Numbered from the stretch's first letter, positions 23,933-36,700 are shown. The stretch is 64,000 bases of DNA from Macrostomum lignano (GCA_002269645.1 NIVC01000834.1:371649-435648); one strand, 5' to 3'. Made by a program: numbers and translations. Notes: generated by a model from the letters alone, not told the origin.

Positions 23933-25593
23933 TAGAGGTCAGATAGGATTGAAATCTTGGGTCCTAGTCATTTCGTCAACTGGCGTTTCATCAACTGGCC
24001 ATTTCGTCAACTCAGTTTTTTCACTGGTCTTTTCGTCAACTAGCCAATGAAGCGATCTCAAACCTCGGTCACTTCGTCAACTGGCCAACTCTCTATTTCA
24101 TCTCTCCTCTCGATTGTATACTCTCTTATTCTTATTCCTTTGCCTCTCCTTTCTTCTACGAGTACGCCAGCTCGTATTTCTCTTCTCTATTCCCTATCCT
24201 CTCTCCCTCCTTTGGCTTGCAATCATCAGGGACTCCTGGGTGCATTTTGTTTAGGGGCCCAGCGAAGCGGACCCATGCAGAAGGGCAGTAATTCGCTAGG
24301 TTCTCAATCTGGCCCTTGAGGTAAAAAGTTTGCTGACCCTACACGTAAAAGCACTAGGCTTAGGCACATGGCCAAGTCTTGTGCAGCTACATGAGCAGGA
24401 ATGCACGAATCAAGAGCATGCTACTGTGGTACTGCACCCAATATCGCCGATTGGTTTGCGCGTCTGCCTGTGCCTTTGCGTCTGTCTGCTCGTGTCTGCT
24501 TGTGCCTTCTTACAGTGCATTATACATTTTAGTGTTAAGCATGACAGGGAGTGAAATACCTTAATACATGTACGGCATGATCAATCGATGAGCGCGCATG
24601 AATCGGGCGTAATTATATACTCCGATCAAGAGCATTACCGGATATCAAGATTTGCTGCGGGGGCTTCGGTTGACTGTGCACAGCGGGGTGGAGGGGTGGG
24701 AATTAGGCGCACGCAGTCCACCAATTTTCACGACTCCATTTACAGGGGACTTTATAGCAGTCCTCGACACGTTTTGATAGGAGAAATACCCATGTTATGT
24801 AGTCGCGTGTATGGTTGCATAACACACAAAATACTCAATATTCATTAATGCCCGGACGCATATGGGTATGAGTGCGCATGGGGTGACGCATTTGCATAGA
24901 ATATTTGCATTGAAACATTTAACCTAATGGACATGCAGTCTGGTATTGCAAAATTGCAAAATTTGTTCGTTTTTTTAAAAATAAGGCAATTAATAAAACA
25001 AGTCATCGATATAACAATAATTGTAAGCTATATAAGATATGCAGCTGTATCAGCTACATACATTAGGCCTATCATTCATATAATGAAAATTTTAGTCACT
25101 TCGTCAAAAAGCAAATGGGAAAGACCTAGGCATTGGTCACTTCGTCAACCACCAATAAAGTCGCCCCAACACTTTGGTCACTTCGTCAACCGAGTTGACG
25201 AAACGCCAGTTGACGAAATGACCATCACCCGAAATCTTTGGGCGGGATCAGGATTGGGAATATTTTTTTTGGGATCGGGATTGAGATTGGGATTCAGGAA
25301 TTGGGATCAAGTTTTTTAGCGCATTATAGCTTGTAGGTCCATATAAAGTTAAACAAAATTGAGCTAAAAATGTCAAGATCAAAAAGTAGAATACAACAAA
25401 ATTGATGCAAAGTTTTATCACCAACAAATTAATAATATAAGTAGGCCCTACAAGGTAAAACAAAATACATTAAAAAAATCACTAATTCTATAAATTTTAA
25501 TCAAAAGACCTGTTCCCAATTCTTGTGTTTTTTAGGGTCCAGATTCTAGTCCTGCGGGAATTCAATTTTCCTTGGGATCCTGTCTGACCTCTA
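23933..25593. mobile_element. hAT-like MITE (outer element) interrupted by a nested element
   Basis: TIR TAGAGGTCAGA(T/C)AGGAT; perfect 8-bp TSD ggatcatg at 23925-23932 and 25594-25601. Confidence 0.85.
23959..25230. mobile_element. Nested non-autonomous TIR element (GGGT...ACCC termini; MULE/Merlin-like by TSD length and GG termini)
   Basis: Subterminal ~30-bp inverted repeat GTCATTTCGTCAACTGGCGTTTC(A/G)TCAACT; many internal TTCGTCAAC motifs; 8-bp TSD gaaatctt at 23951-23958 and 25231-25238. Superfamily assignment is inference. Confidence 0.8.
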
Positions 25594-28412
25594 GGATCAT
25601 GCTGGGTGCACACCAATCACCATGTATAAAAATTGAAGTTACAAATGCATACCAAAAATTTAAGTGCACACCCATATTCTCAAATCTAGGCCAGTGTTTC
25701 AACAATAAATGACCTTTTTGCGTTGTGTAAAGCATCCTTTTTGGGCTGATAATTTGGTTGATTAGGTTAGGCCTATTTATCTTTCTTGCCTAGTATACTA
25801 TTTACAGTGGAAAATTAATATACACAAAAATTGTTTAAATGTTTTATTATGAGCTTAAAAACAGGAAAGCTTGAAATTTATGTTTAAAAATGAGGTTTTT
25901 TATCTTTTTTTAACTTAGCACTAACTTTTCTGCATGATTCTATGAAGTGCATACTAGGCCTAGCCTAGGTAAGGTATGCTGCACTGCGTGCATGCATACT
26001 ATTTTCTTAGGAGTCAGACACACCAAATGTGCATGCCTAACTTTTGCCTAACAATTTATTCTATCCAGTGATAACGAAATTATTAATTAATACTGTTTCC
26101 AACGTCCGTCGATTTGACGATTTATCACTCATCTGCCGTTGTTTTTTTTAACTCGCGCTTGCGCTCAATACTACAATAAATCGAACTAAAAACCAATTTG
26201 AATTATATTTATTTCTAAAATAGATAAACAAAAGTTTATAACGCAGTAAGGAAACAAAAACAACAAGATTGATGTAATAGACATTGTTTAAAATATCCAC
26301 TATGCAACAAAAAAGTTAAATCAAAACTCTGCGATCAATGACCACTGCAGTGTTGCTGACGCTGCATGCAAGGCCCCATCGGTGCTTGTCGAGGTGTCTG
26401 CTGCAATGGCTGGTTCAAGTTTTTGCTGTTGAGATAGAAGTTAAAATACTTGAAGCTAAAATTTTCGTTGGATTACTATACTGATTACAAATTTAATCTT
26501 CAGCATTTAGCAACTCGATCAGATAAATTTGTGAATCCTCGGAACTGCAATTACGCCATAAGACTAGTGGACTTTATAAAAATTATCTCGTAATGAGCTA
26601 GCAGTAGCTCGTATATACGTCGTAGTTTAAAATTACGCGTAATTCCATTTGGGATGGGAATGAGAAATGGGTGAATGGGAATGGAAAATGGGAAATATTA
26701 TACATTTAAACTTATACAATTACAACATTTTAATTGACTGTTTACTCCCATATTCGAAAAATGTGATAGGGGTGAGCTTCCCTCTATTAATATCTCACTA
26801 ATTAGCCACCAAAGTTGTAACAGGCGTGATTGCTCTCACTGAAATTATCCCACCACTGACACCAAAGTCTTTATAAAATAATCTCGTGCAATGCCACCAG
26901 CTGTTACAGGGCTAATTCTACTTATTTAATTAATGAATTTTTGCACGAATGTACTTATACCTTTTGGTAGCGTGACTACTCCTCTATCTACTTCTATATG
27001 GTAGCGTCTACTTATCTTATTGGTAGCGTCTGTACAAGTACTGTACTCTTTGGCCTGAGCGGTCTAATGGCACTGTATACTCTATTTACTCCTATAAGTT
27101 TTCTCTCAGTCCTGGGGCGTTCCCTAGATCAGAGGGTCACAGCCTTATGCGTTTTCCCTGCCCTGAGGCGCTTTTCCTGCCCTGAGGCGATCTTACTACT
27201 CTATAGTGCTTTCCTGCCCTGAGCTAGGCGATTCTCGCTTTTAGCGGTTTCTGATGATACTCCCAACAAGGGGCTAAATACTATAGAAATGAATAAGCCA
27301 AGTAAGAATGCTTAGGATTTTTATTGAGCGGACTAATTGTCACGATCTTACTTGAGCAAGCGAGCGGTTGCTTTTCCTGGCCCATTCTGGGCTCCTATTT
27401 ATACCAATCAGACAATGTATTAATAGCAAACTTTTTAATTTTGTAGAATATTATTCGAGTGCACAACAACACTTAAACAAAATTATTACTATTTGGCGGA
27501 CGTTTGAAAGTATTTTCTAAGAAAGAAAGTCGTGTGACGAATAAGGCGAATAAGACGGATTTGTGTAGCGGTTAATTTAGATAGTTCACGATTAGTTAGC
27601 AGATCGGCAAGCCGCTTCAACCCTTAGACTTTTGCTAGTGCTACTTAAAATTGCTGGATCAGTTAATTAACTAATTGGTGTGCCAAAGTAGACGGCGGAA
27701 GAGTTGGTGTAAGCTGGAGGCCAGACAGCGTCACAGCTAAGGGTTAGCGAGCCTAGGTCGAGAAGCGAAGCAAGGGGAAGGGCGAGAGCGGCCACTGAGT
27801 GTAGTGTAAGCATATATTTAAAAGTAAACAGATAACAACAACACCCTTAATCCAAAACCCAGGCAAACAACCCCCCACGCGGCGCGCAATGTACATGTAC
27901 AAATTAATCGATAAATATATCATGCAAGAATAACATACGTCAGTACATGTACATAAGTAGAACTACTTTACGACAAATAATAACGATATGAATGAAATAC
28001 AAATAATAGAATAAATACATACGAGGCTACAAGAACAAAGCAATTAACAGTAAAAATAGCGCGATAATAATATGTACGAATTTGTTAAAATAAATGAAAG
28101 AATACAGTAGTAGTAGTACGGTATGCATATGAAAATAAAGAAATACGATACACGCTTCTACGAATCACACTGTCACAGTCGTACACGTAGCAAAAAAATT
28201 CTATATTATAAAGGCTAGATATACTACACTGTTTCAATTATAGCCACTAATACATGTAAAAACGCACCAAAAAGCAAGGCTTTCAATTATTCATTAAGAC
28301 TCATTAATTGTTTCAATTAGTTTTCATTTTTTTATTTAAAATTTCAATGGATGAGCTGTGGCTTAATTAAAGCTAGCTATTAAGCTAAACAGTAATTAAC
28401 AGTCCCTAAAGT

Positions 28413-30520
28413 TTAAGTGATAATTTTTGGCAGCCAAGCTTCAAATTCGATGTCTCGGAAAGTTATGCTGCGGTTGGTTCTCCACGAAGACACGTCAAAG
28501 TATTTCACGTATTCATAGCTGCAGTAGGGGTAACTCAATCGCAAGTAGTTCTCAGTGCTGTTCTCCGTACTCTCTGCATCAGTTATGCAATAGCCTTCAT
28601 TAGGAAATGTGATTTTTATGTCCTCAACGTCCTTTGAGCAGCAGTCTTTCTTTCTGATAAAAGTGAGGGAGCCAAAGTTCTCCGGCTTTTCAAGAAAATA
28701 CCGCACCGAAACCCCGGCTGGAATGGTGGCGAACGTTTCTGGGTTTGAGTCGGTGGTCTGTCGGCAGATGTCGCTTCCAGGTCCTTTTTCTGGACAGGTC
28801 AGCTTGGCCTTGCCTGACATTTATTGGAAGAGCAGCTCAATGTAATGAACAGATGTTAAAACTGGAGTACAGCCCTCCTGCGAATATGTATTTTAATTAT
28901 GTACAGGGGCGTCGCCATGGATTTTATGGTGGGGGGGACAAAGCCAAGAATTTTACATGTACATAACTAAATTCCTACATGTACATTATTTGGAGAATCG
29001 GTGTTGTCAGCGCTCATTTTGGCACCGCAGGAACTCATTTTGGCGCCGCAGGCACTCATTTTGGCGCCGCAGACACTCATCTTGGCGCCGCAGGCACTCA
29101 TCTTGGCGCCGCAGGGGCTATACGAGTATTTTGGCGCTCTGAAACAAAATTATTGATTTCCATAACGGGTCACAAGGTGGGGGACAAAAAGCATTCGGCA
29201 TGTCCCCCATAGGTTTTACTGCATGGGGGGACATGTCCCCCCTGTCCCCCCCTTCTAGGTGCATGGCGACGCCCCTGTTTATGTATTTTTAACAGAATGG
29301 CAGATTCAACAATAAATCTTGTGCGCAAACATTTCTACTTTTTTCAAAGAATTGAGGAGATAATAAAGCGATCGACTGCCGAAAGTTTTTCACTCGGAAC
29401 ATTAGTTGATCAGTTCAATCAGAGTTGACTCACGAGCGCAGAACAGACCGTTCACGGCGCGAGAACCGGTCTCACACAGGTCGCACTGTGTCATGCCGGT
29501 CTGAAGAGCGAGAGCAAAGTTCAAGTCGCACTTTTTGCAATCTTTCGCTCCCACGGAGTCCGAATAAGTTCCTGGCGGGCACTCGCTGCATTTCTCCTTT
29601 CCGACGCCCTTGGTCGAATTGATGAAATCGCCGGGAGGGCAATTTGGTGGCTGAGCTCTGTAGAGATCGCTGGTAGAGCTGGAGGCGACGAAGTTATCAA
29701 TTAACAAGACATTTCTTTATTTTAACACTGATTGACAAGATTATACTTATGCTATAGGCTGCCGCATCAAAAAATGCAATTTTTATACTACACACTCACA
29801 GCTTCAAAGCTTCAAATTCGATGTCTCGGAAAGTAATGCTGCGGTTGGTTCTCCACGAAGACACGTCAAAGTATTTCATTTCTTCATAGCCGCAGTAGGG
29901 GTAACTCAATCGCAAGTAGTTCTCAGTGCTGTTCTCCGTACTGTCTGCATCAGTTATGCAATAGCCTTCATTAGGAAATGTGATTTTTATGTCCTCAACG
30001 TCCTTTGAGCAGCAGTCTTTCTTTCTGATAAAAGTGAGGGAGCCAAAGTGCTCCGGCTTTCCAAGAAAATACCGCACCGAAACCCCGGCTGGAATGGTGG
30101 CGAACGTTTCTGGGTTTGACTCGGTGGTCTGTCGGCAGATGTCGCTTCCAGGTCCTTTTTCTGGACAGGTCAGCTTGGCCTTGCCTGACATTTATTGGAA
30201 GAGCAGCTCAATGTAATGAACAGATGTTAAAACTGGACCAGATGTTGCTTTGATTGGTCAATTATAAAGGAGTCAACCCAAACAAAACTGACTTACGAGA
30301 GCAGAAGATGCCGTCTACGGGTCGAGAGCCGGCATCACACAGGTCGCATTCTGTCATGCCGGTCTCAACCGCGAGAGCAAAATTCAAGTCGCACTTTTTG
30401 CACTCTCTCGCTCCCACAGAGTCCGAATAAGTTCCTGGCGGGCATTCGCTGCATTTCTCCTTGCCAACCTTTTTGCTGGAGTTGATGAAGCTGCCAGGTT
30501 CGCAATTTGGTGGCTCAGCT
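28413..30520 (-). CDS. Extracellular protein of two tandem modules, each a Cys-rich TNFR/ephrin-receptor-like (GCC2/GCC3-type) exon plus a divergent F-type-lectin-like exon; 5' exon(s) not identified
   Basis: Exons 30297-30520, 29800-30184, 29434-29657, 28413-28813 join with phases 2/1/2/1 via GT/AG sites. 'CSECPPGTYSDSVGA..CKKC...QTGMT.CDLC' is the CxxCPxGTY repeat. The second exon type has 'SLTFIRKKDCCSKDVEDIKITF...ITFRDIEFEA'. Confidence 0.7.
28904..29277. mobile_element. hAT-like MITE with internal 21-bp repeats, in an intron
   Basis: 16-bp perfect TIR CAGGGGCGTCGCCATG/CATGGCGACGCCCCTG; 8-bp TSD attatgta/tttatgta (1 mismatch); about 4-5 units of GCACTCATTTTGGCGCCGCAG. Confidence 0.85.
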
Positions 30521-31814
30521 CTGCTGGGAAGTCTGCCGCAGCTGGCGGCAGCAAAGATTGCGAATAGACAATGTCACGTTATTTGATGTTGTCCGTGACC
30601 CTTAAAAGGGCCGTTTTAGTCCCAAATGAATCGAGTCAAGTCTTGATAGCGGATTTGCGTAGCGGAGCACTTGGCATACAAGGCCGGAAACTGGCCGTAG
30701 TTGGTTATTATTGTTGAGATCAATATTCGATGCGGTTAATATCAATATAGAACTTATTGCGCTTTTGGGGCACTGGCGGCTGCAACAATGGTTTTGAATT
30801 GAAGGTGAGTTAGAGATTGTAGTTGAGTGGTAGGCGAGTGATGCAAGACGATGCAACGTGGTGAGTAACGGCGATGAGCACAACAGTGGCAGATGCGTAG
30901 TGGTGAGATTGGCGTTAGCCGTGGCAGACAGTGGCAGGCAGTGTAAACAGGCTGGTCCAGACAGAGAGAAGGAAAACAAGGCCGAGGACAGGCCGGGAGG
31001 AAGAGAGAAGCACAGATAAGGACGGGAGTGAGGAGTGCCGCCGCCAGGCGGGGGGTTTAATAAAGGAGCGCAGAGGGGGGTAGCGCGAAGCACGAGTGGT
31101 TTTCATTGGCTGGCGAGAGAACTTAAAATTATCGATCGTGCCAATTTTATACGGTCGCGAGAGAGGATAGCAAAATATACAGTGAATTAGAAATTGCCAC
31201 AAAATCGTTGGGCACTACTACAAGTAAACGTCGCAATAAACAAATGGAAAAGTTTAGTAGAAACGGTGAAACTGAAGGGTTGAAACTATGGAGAAACAGT
31301 AGTCCAACGGCCCTTTTCGGGACCACCTTAAACTGACAACGTCACAACAAAGTAAAGCTTGCATTCTCAGCATAAAAGTATGAGCAAATTATGGCACGGC
31401 TCGATTGCAAAAGAACTGAAATGTCTGAAATAGATCTAAATTTGCTATTTTTCCTCTGCGTGCTTTGGGTAAAGTTTTTTACCTCTGCATGCATGCCTCT
31501 AATTTCTGCGGGAAAGATATTTCTGGGTTAACTCAATCAGCAGGAATGCCAGACCATTTTCCTCCCGGTGGCACAACCAAAATAGGGGGAACATAATCTG
31601 GATAATTCCCCAAATTCCGAGCCGAAAAAGAAAAAAAGCAAGTTACCAGACCTCTAAACCGACCAGATATTCAACGATAATGCCAAGTCGGATTTTCTCA
31701 TAAGTGCTTCCCACAAGGGCTTTTACGAGCAGCACCAGGGTCGCGGACCTCCCGATTACGGCAGCTTGAAACTTGACAAACTTGGAACTTTGAGACTGGG
31801 AGATGTCAATTTAG

Positions 31815-32060
31815 GCACGCGAAGGTGTATTCAGCAGGCCTGTGAAGTATGAGACAGACTAGGCCTATGGGCTACGGTCTGCAATGCCTCACGCCTGCCC
31901 CCATCTTCAGCAGGTTAAGGCTGGTGGGAGTTCTGTACCCTCTATTTGCCGCTGGCAGCCGCAGACCCCCCCCACGCTGTCTCGCAAGTCGACCCAGGGT
32001 ACTCGTCCCCGCGTGTGTTCAAGGCAGACCCTAGGGCTGCTGGACAGACTGGGCTCTGAC
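31815..32060 (+). ncRNA. HDV-like self-cleaving ribozyme at the retrotransposon 5' end
   Basis: P1 GCACGCG(31815-21)/CGCGTGT(32010-16) with the G+1.U wobble. P2 CCCA(31993-96)/TGGG(32050-53). P3 GGG/CCC. L3 TACTCGT. P1.1 AC/GT. P4 hairpin 32019-32044. J4/2 CAGA with the candidate catalytic C at 32045. Confidence 0.8.
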
Positions 32061-32289
32061 GCTGGCGACCCATCCAGTGGCTTCGGCCGAACTTGGGTAT
32101 GCGGGTCTGGCTCGCCAGCCTACAGGCCGTGGTACTGCTTAACGTACCCCCTAATGCCTAAGGTGTTTGACCGTGCCGATGGGCTGGAAGACCGGGGGGG
32201 TAGTCCGGTCGCTAGCGGTCCTTTTTCTTTTTCTTTTTCTTTTTCCTCCTTTCTTTTGTGACTCAGCTCACTCCTTCCCGCTTTCAGCT

Positions 32290-33748
32290 ATGGCATCCTC
32301 CGCCTCTTTCAACCCCGCTGAAGCCGGGACCAGGGCAACTTCGGCCGGTAAATCTGGCGCCAGCGTCGCCCCACCGGGGGTAGATGGGCTCGCCGCCGGC
32401 TCGTCCGGTGAAATGCCCGCATGCGCACCCGGGCCCTCCGCGGAGGCCCGACGTGCCCGCAACCAACGCCGCAACGAGCGGCGACGGCGACTACTGGATA
32501 CTGTGGGCCGGCCACCGGCGGAGGGGGGAACCTAGGGAGGGCGAGGCTGCTGTTGGGCCGAAAGAAACCACAGCAACCCCTGACCCTCAGGATACAACCC
32601 CCGCTGGTGAGCCACCCAGTAAACCTGCTACCAGCGCGGCCGGGCCTTCGGGGACCGCTGCAACCAACTACGCCTCAAAGGTCAAGCTCCAACCGGTGGT
32701 CATCGTCTTCGGGGAAGAGCACGACCTCACGGCCGATGAGCTCGACAGTGACTGGCGCACCATTGATGCTGCGCTAATTGACCAGCTCCTGGCAGGCCGC
32801 CCTGTGAGCGTGGTCAAATCTGCCAAAACCGACGGCTGCATCTTCATCTGGTGCAACTCGAAGGAGAGTCTACGCGAGCTTCTGCCAAAGTTGAACTGGC
32901 CCAAGAAGCTCAGCAAGCTCGTCTTCGCCAGCGAGGGCGAGCGACAAAAGACCCAGCGCTTTCGCGTCTGGATCCCGGCCGGCAGTGCCATTAAGTCCGG
33001 AGATCAGCTTAGGCAGATCCTGCTAAAGCTGCACCCTGACCTCGAGGTCAACGGGCTCCTGCACCACGCCACTTCCCGCAAGGAGAAGGGGGCCACGGTG
33101 ATCCTAGGGCTCTCTGACGCCTGGGCTAAGCGCTTGCCGCCTAAGTCCACAATCCACCTTGGTCTGACTCAGCTGACCATCCTCCGCTGCGAGGAGGGGA
33201 AAGCTGACGAAGCCAAGCATGCTGAGGCTTCCGAAACCGGAACTGGGGCCCAGGCTCCTCCGGCAAAGAAGCTGAGGCAAACGGCTGACTTCAAGCCCGG
33301 TAAAGCAGTCCGCGCTGCTGAAACCGGCAATCGCAACCGCAGACCTGCTAGGAGCACCCGGAGGTCCGGTCTGATCCAGCGCGCGCTGGACCAGGCCAAG
33401 AGCCTCCGGGCGTATCGTGAGCAGGCCCGCGCTTCTCGCGCTCCACCCCAACAGCCAGAAGGCCCGGCCGTTGGTGGGGAGGCGCCGACCGACTGGTTCG
33501 AGTCTTCGACTCACCAGGAGGCTGGTGCCACCCGCATCGACCTGACCGACGAGGCGGAGGGGACGGGCAGTAACAGCACCGAAGCACGCAGGGGAGGCGA
33601 CGGTAACGTCCACGCTGGGCTCATGCCCGCGGAGGACTCCGCAGCCACCCTAACTGCCGAGGACGCTGAAACTCCCATGGAGGTCTGTGGGCCAACCACC
33701 CCTGAAAAGGAGGAGGATAACCTGCTCAACGATTCCCCAACTGCATGA
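32290..33748 (+). pseudogene. Retrotransposon ORF1 (frameshifted near 32530)
   Basis: ATG at 32290 (MASSASFNPAEAG...) reads to a stop at 32535; the rest lies in ORF 32384-33748, implying one frameshift. No CCHC knuckle visible. Confidence 0.7.
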
Positions 33749-36700
33749 TAATGATCAGCAGCCAGGGAATTCATTGCTTGCAGATTAATCTGCAACACTG
33801 CGTCGAAGCCTCGGTCAACCTTATGCGTTACGCCGAGCTCGACACGCCGGGGCTCATCCTCGTCCAGGAACCCTGGACTCTTAGAGGTCAGCCTCAGAAC
33901 GCCCCTGCCGGCTATAACTGTTTTTATACTTACCCTCGCGAGGCCAACCAGCCTCCCAGAGCTTGCATCTTTGCGAGCAAAACGCTCAGTGCGTGGCTCA
34001 GATCGGACCTGTCCAACAGGGACATCTGCGTCATCCAATCCGAGGACCTCCTTCCTGGGAAGACCACCCTCATAGCCTCGGTCTACCTACCAGGCGATGC
34101 TGCGGTCGTCCCCAGAGCCCTCGCTACGCTGGTCGAGCTCTGCTCTGCCAAAAACTACGAGCTCATGGTTGCCGGCGACATCAACGCCCACCATACTCAC
34201 TGGGGCAGCACCGGTATTAATCAGAGGGGCGAAGACCTCCTAGCCTACGTTGCCTCTGCAACTCTGGGTCCACCCCTACTTTTGACAACGGACGCCACGC
34301 TCGCAACACCCAGACTCTACCAGAGTACTGGGGCGTGGTGGGTGCTTCCAGCGTCCTCACTCTCTGATCACAATTTCATTTCCTTCAACCTGATGGCCGC
34401 GCGTAGCGCAACTCGTGTTACGTCGAGACGGAACGCCAGAAACACTGATTGGGAAACCTTCGGGCTCACTCTAAAGGAATTCCATCGATCTCCTGGCCAA
34501 CCATTCACGATCACGTCATGCCAAGAAGCGGATGAGTGCGCGACTGTGTTGACAGAAACGCTAACCGCCGCCTTTGAGGCATCCTGCCCTTTAAAAGCCT
34601 ATAAGGGGAAAAAATCCGCGCCGTGGTGGAATCCCGAGCTCGGCAACCTCCGTCGCAGAGCTAAGAGACTCCACCGCAGAGCTACTAAAACTAAGAGCCC
34701 AGCGGACCAAACCGCCTATCATGAAGCAATCCATGAGTTTAAAAGGCAGGTTAGGAATGCAAAAGCTCAAAAATGGCGACAATACTGCGAGGAGCTAGAG
34801 GGCTCACGCCCCAGCTCCAGAATTGTGAAAGCACTTACGCTGGACAAAATGTCTAACCTTTCCTCGGTGAAACGCACCGACGGTACGTCCACGGACAACC
34901 CAGGGGAAACGCTTGATGTAATGCTCACTGCGTTTTTCCCCAACGAGCCAGCTAACCCGACCACTCCAGATCACTCGGAGGAAGGTCACGCCCTAGCTGC
35001 CTCTATCATCACGGAGGACCGCATCGTGAGAGCGGCTAACTCCTTCAAACCTTTCAAAGCACCAGGACCCGACGGCATCGTACCTGCCCTTCTAAGAGAG
35101 GCGGTTAAATGCACAGGTTTCCTGCGTAAACTTTGCAGCCTTCTTTGGGCGTGCATCACGCTTGGTTATGTCCCGCAGGCATGGACCGAGGCAAAGGTGA
35201 TTTTTATCCCTAAGCCAGGCCACCCGGACTACCATTCTATCAAATCCTTCAGACCGATCAGTCTGACCTCCTCCCTGGTCAATCTGATGGAGAGACTGGT
35301 GCTGTGGCGCCTTCTTTCCGTAGAGCTGAAGAACAAGCCTCTCAGCGAGAACCAGCACGCCTTTCGGGCGGGTCGCTCCACTGAAAGCGCGCGGCACGTC
35401 CTGGTCGATAAACTTGAGAAGGCCGTGCTTGGTAGCGGCTTCGCTCTGGGAATCTTCCTGGACATCATTGGCGCCTTCGATAACGTCCTCTTCGAGGCGT
35501 TCCGAAGAGCTCTTTGTGAGAGGCAAACGCACTCACATCTCACCAGATGGATCATGTACATGATCAGCCATCGCACGGCCACCGCCAGTCTGCTGGGCTA
35601 CAAGAGGACGGTTCCCGTCTGCAAAGGTATCCCGCAAGGTGGGGTGCTGTTTACAGTTCTCTGGAACATGTTCATCGATGAGCTCCTTCGGGATGCTCGG
35701 CCTGACCCCATTCTGAAAGTTGGATATGCGAACGATGTCACCGCAGTGGCATCTGGTCCGTCCCCTGACGTTCAAGCTAAAGCCAAGAGGGCCCTCGCAG
35801 TCCTCGCACAACTGCGCAGGGCTGTCGGCACCACCTGGGGGCTTACCCCCAAGCGCCTCTGGTGGATCTACACTGCAATGGTTAGGCCTGCCATCTCGTA
35901 TGGCGGCCTGATCTGGGCTAGCGCTCTGCAGATGAAGACCTGCCTGAAGGCTCTCAGGAGAGCGCAAGGGCGCGCATGCCGCATGATCATGAGCGCCCCC
36001 CGTTCTTACGATGGCCTCAACGCCTTCCTCAACATTCCCCCACTGGATATCTTTGTCCGCAGGGAAGCGGCTAAGACTGCCCGCCGTCTAGCTGACGCTG
36101 GCATTCGTATCCTGCCCCATAGGGTCGTGGCTAAGCGCAAGCTCCTGCCTCAGGCCGACCTCTGCCTTAAAGACTTGAGAGACAGCGGCGGGCTCCACGT
36201 CTTACCTGACGGTGAACCCCGCACTCTCAACCTCCTTCAGCGCTACAAGCTCACCATCCCCTCTAGGGATGCTGCCAATGACCTCTGGAATTCCCAGGAG
36301 GTCCATTGCTACACGGACGGTTCCATCAAAGACGGCCACGCCGGCTTTGGGTCTGCATCATCATCAGCGACCGCGTCATTGCCACGCATACCCAGCACAC
36401 TGGCAGACTCTCCACAGTCTTCCAGAACAAAGTCCTTGCCATCAGCTCCTGCGCTGCAGAGCTGAACGCCAAGGGTACGAGAGGAAAGACTATTGTCATC
36501 CAATCCGATAGCCAAGCGGCCTTACAGGCCCTTTGCCACACCACAACGAACTCCCGGACAGTCGCCGACTGCGTCGGGCAGCTCAACCTCCTGGCCAGTA
36601 GCAATACTGCCAGGCTGAAGTGGATCCCAGGGCACGCAGGGTTTCCGGGGAACGAGCTGGCAGACACCCTCGCCAAGAGGGGCGGCTCTGGCTCTTTCTT

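Noticed and set aside
26816-26908. TGTAACAG...CTGTTACA mini element
   Set aside because: An 8-bp inverted repeat without a TSD could be chance.
31640-31814. Host exon disrupted by the LINE (TDQIFNDNAKSDF...GDVNL)
   Set aside because: The reconstructed empty site hits a stop right after the TSD and shows no recognisable homology.
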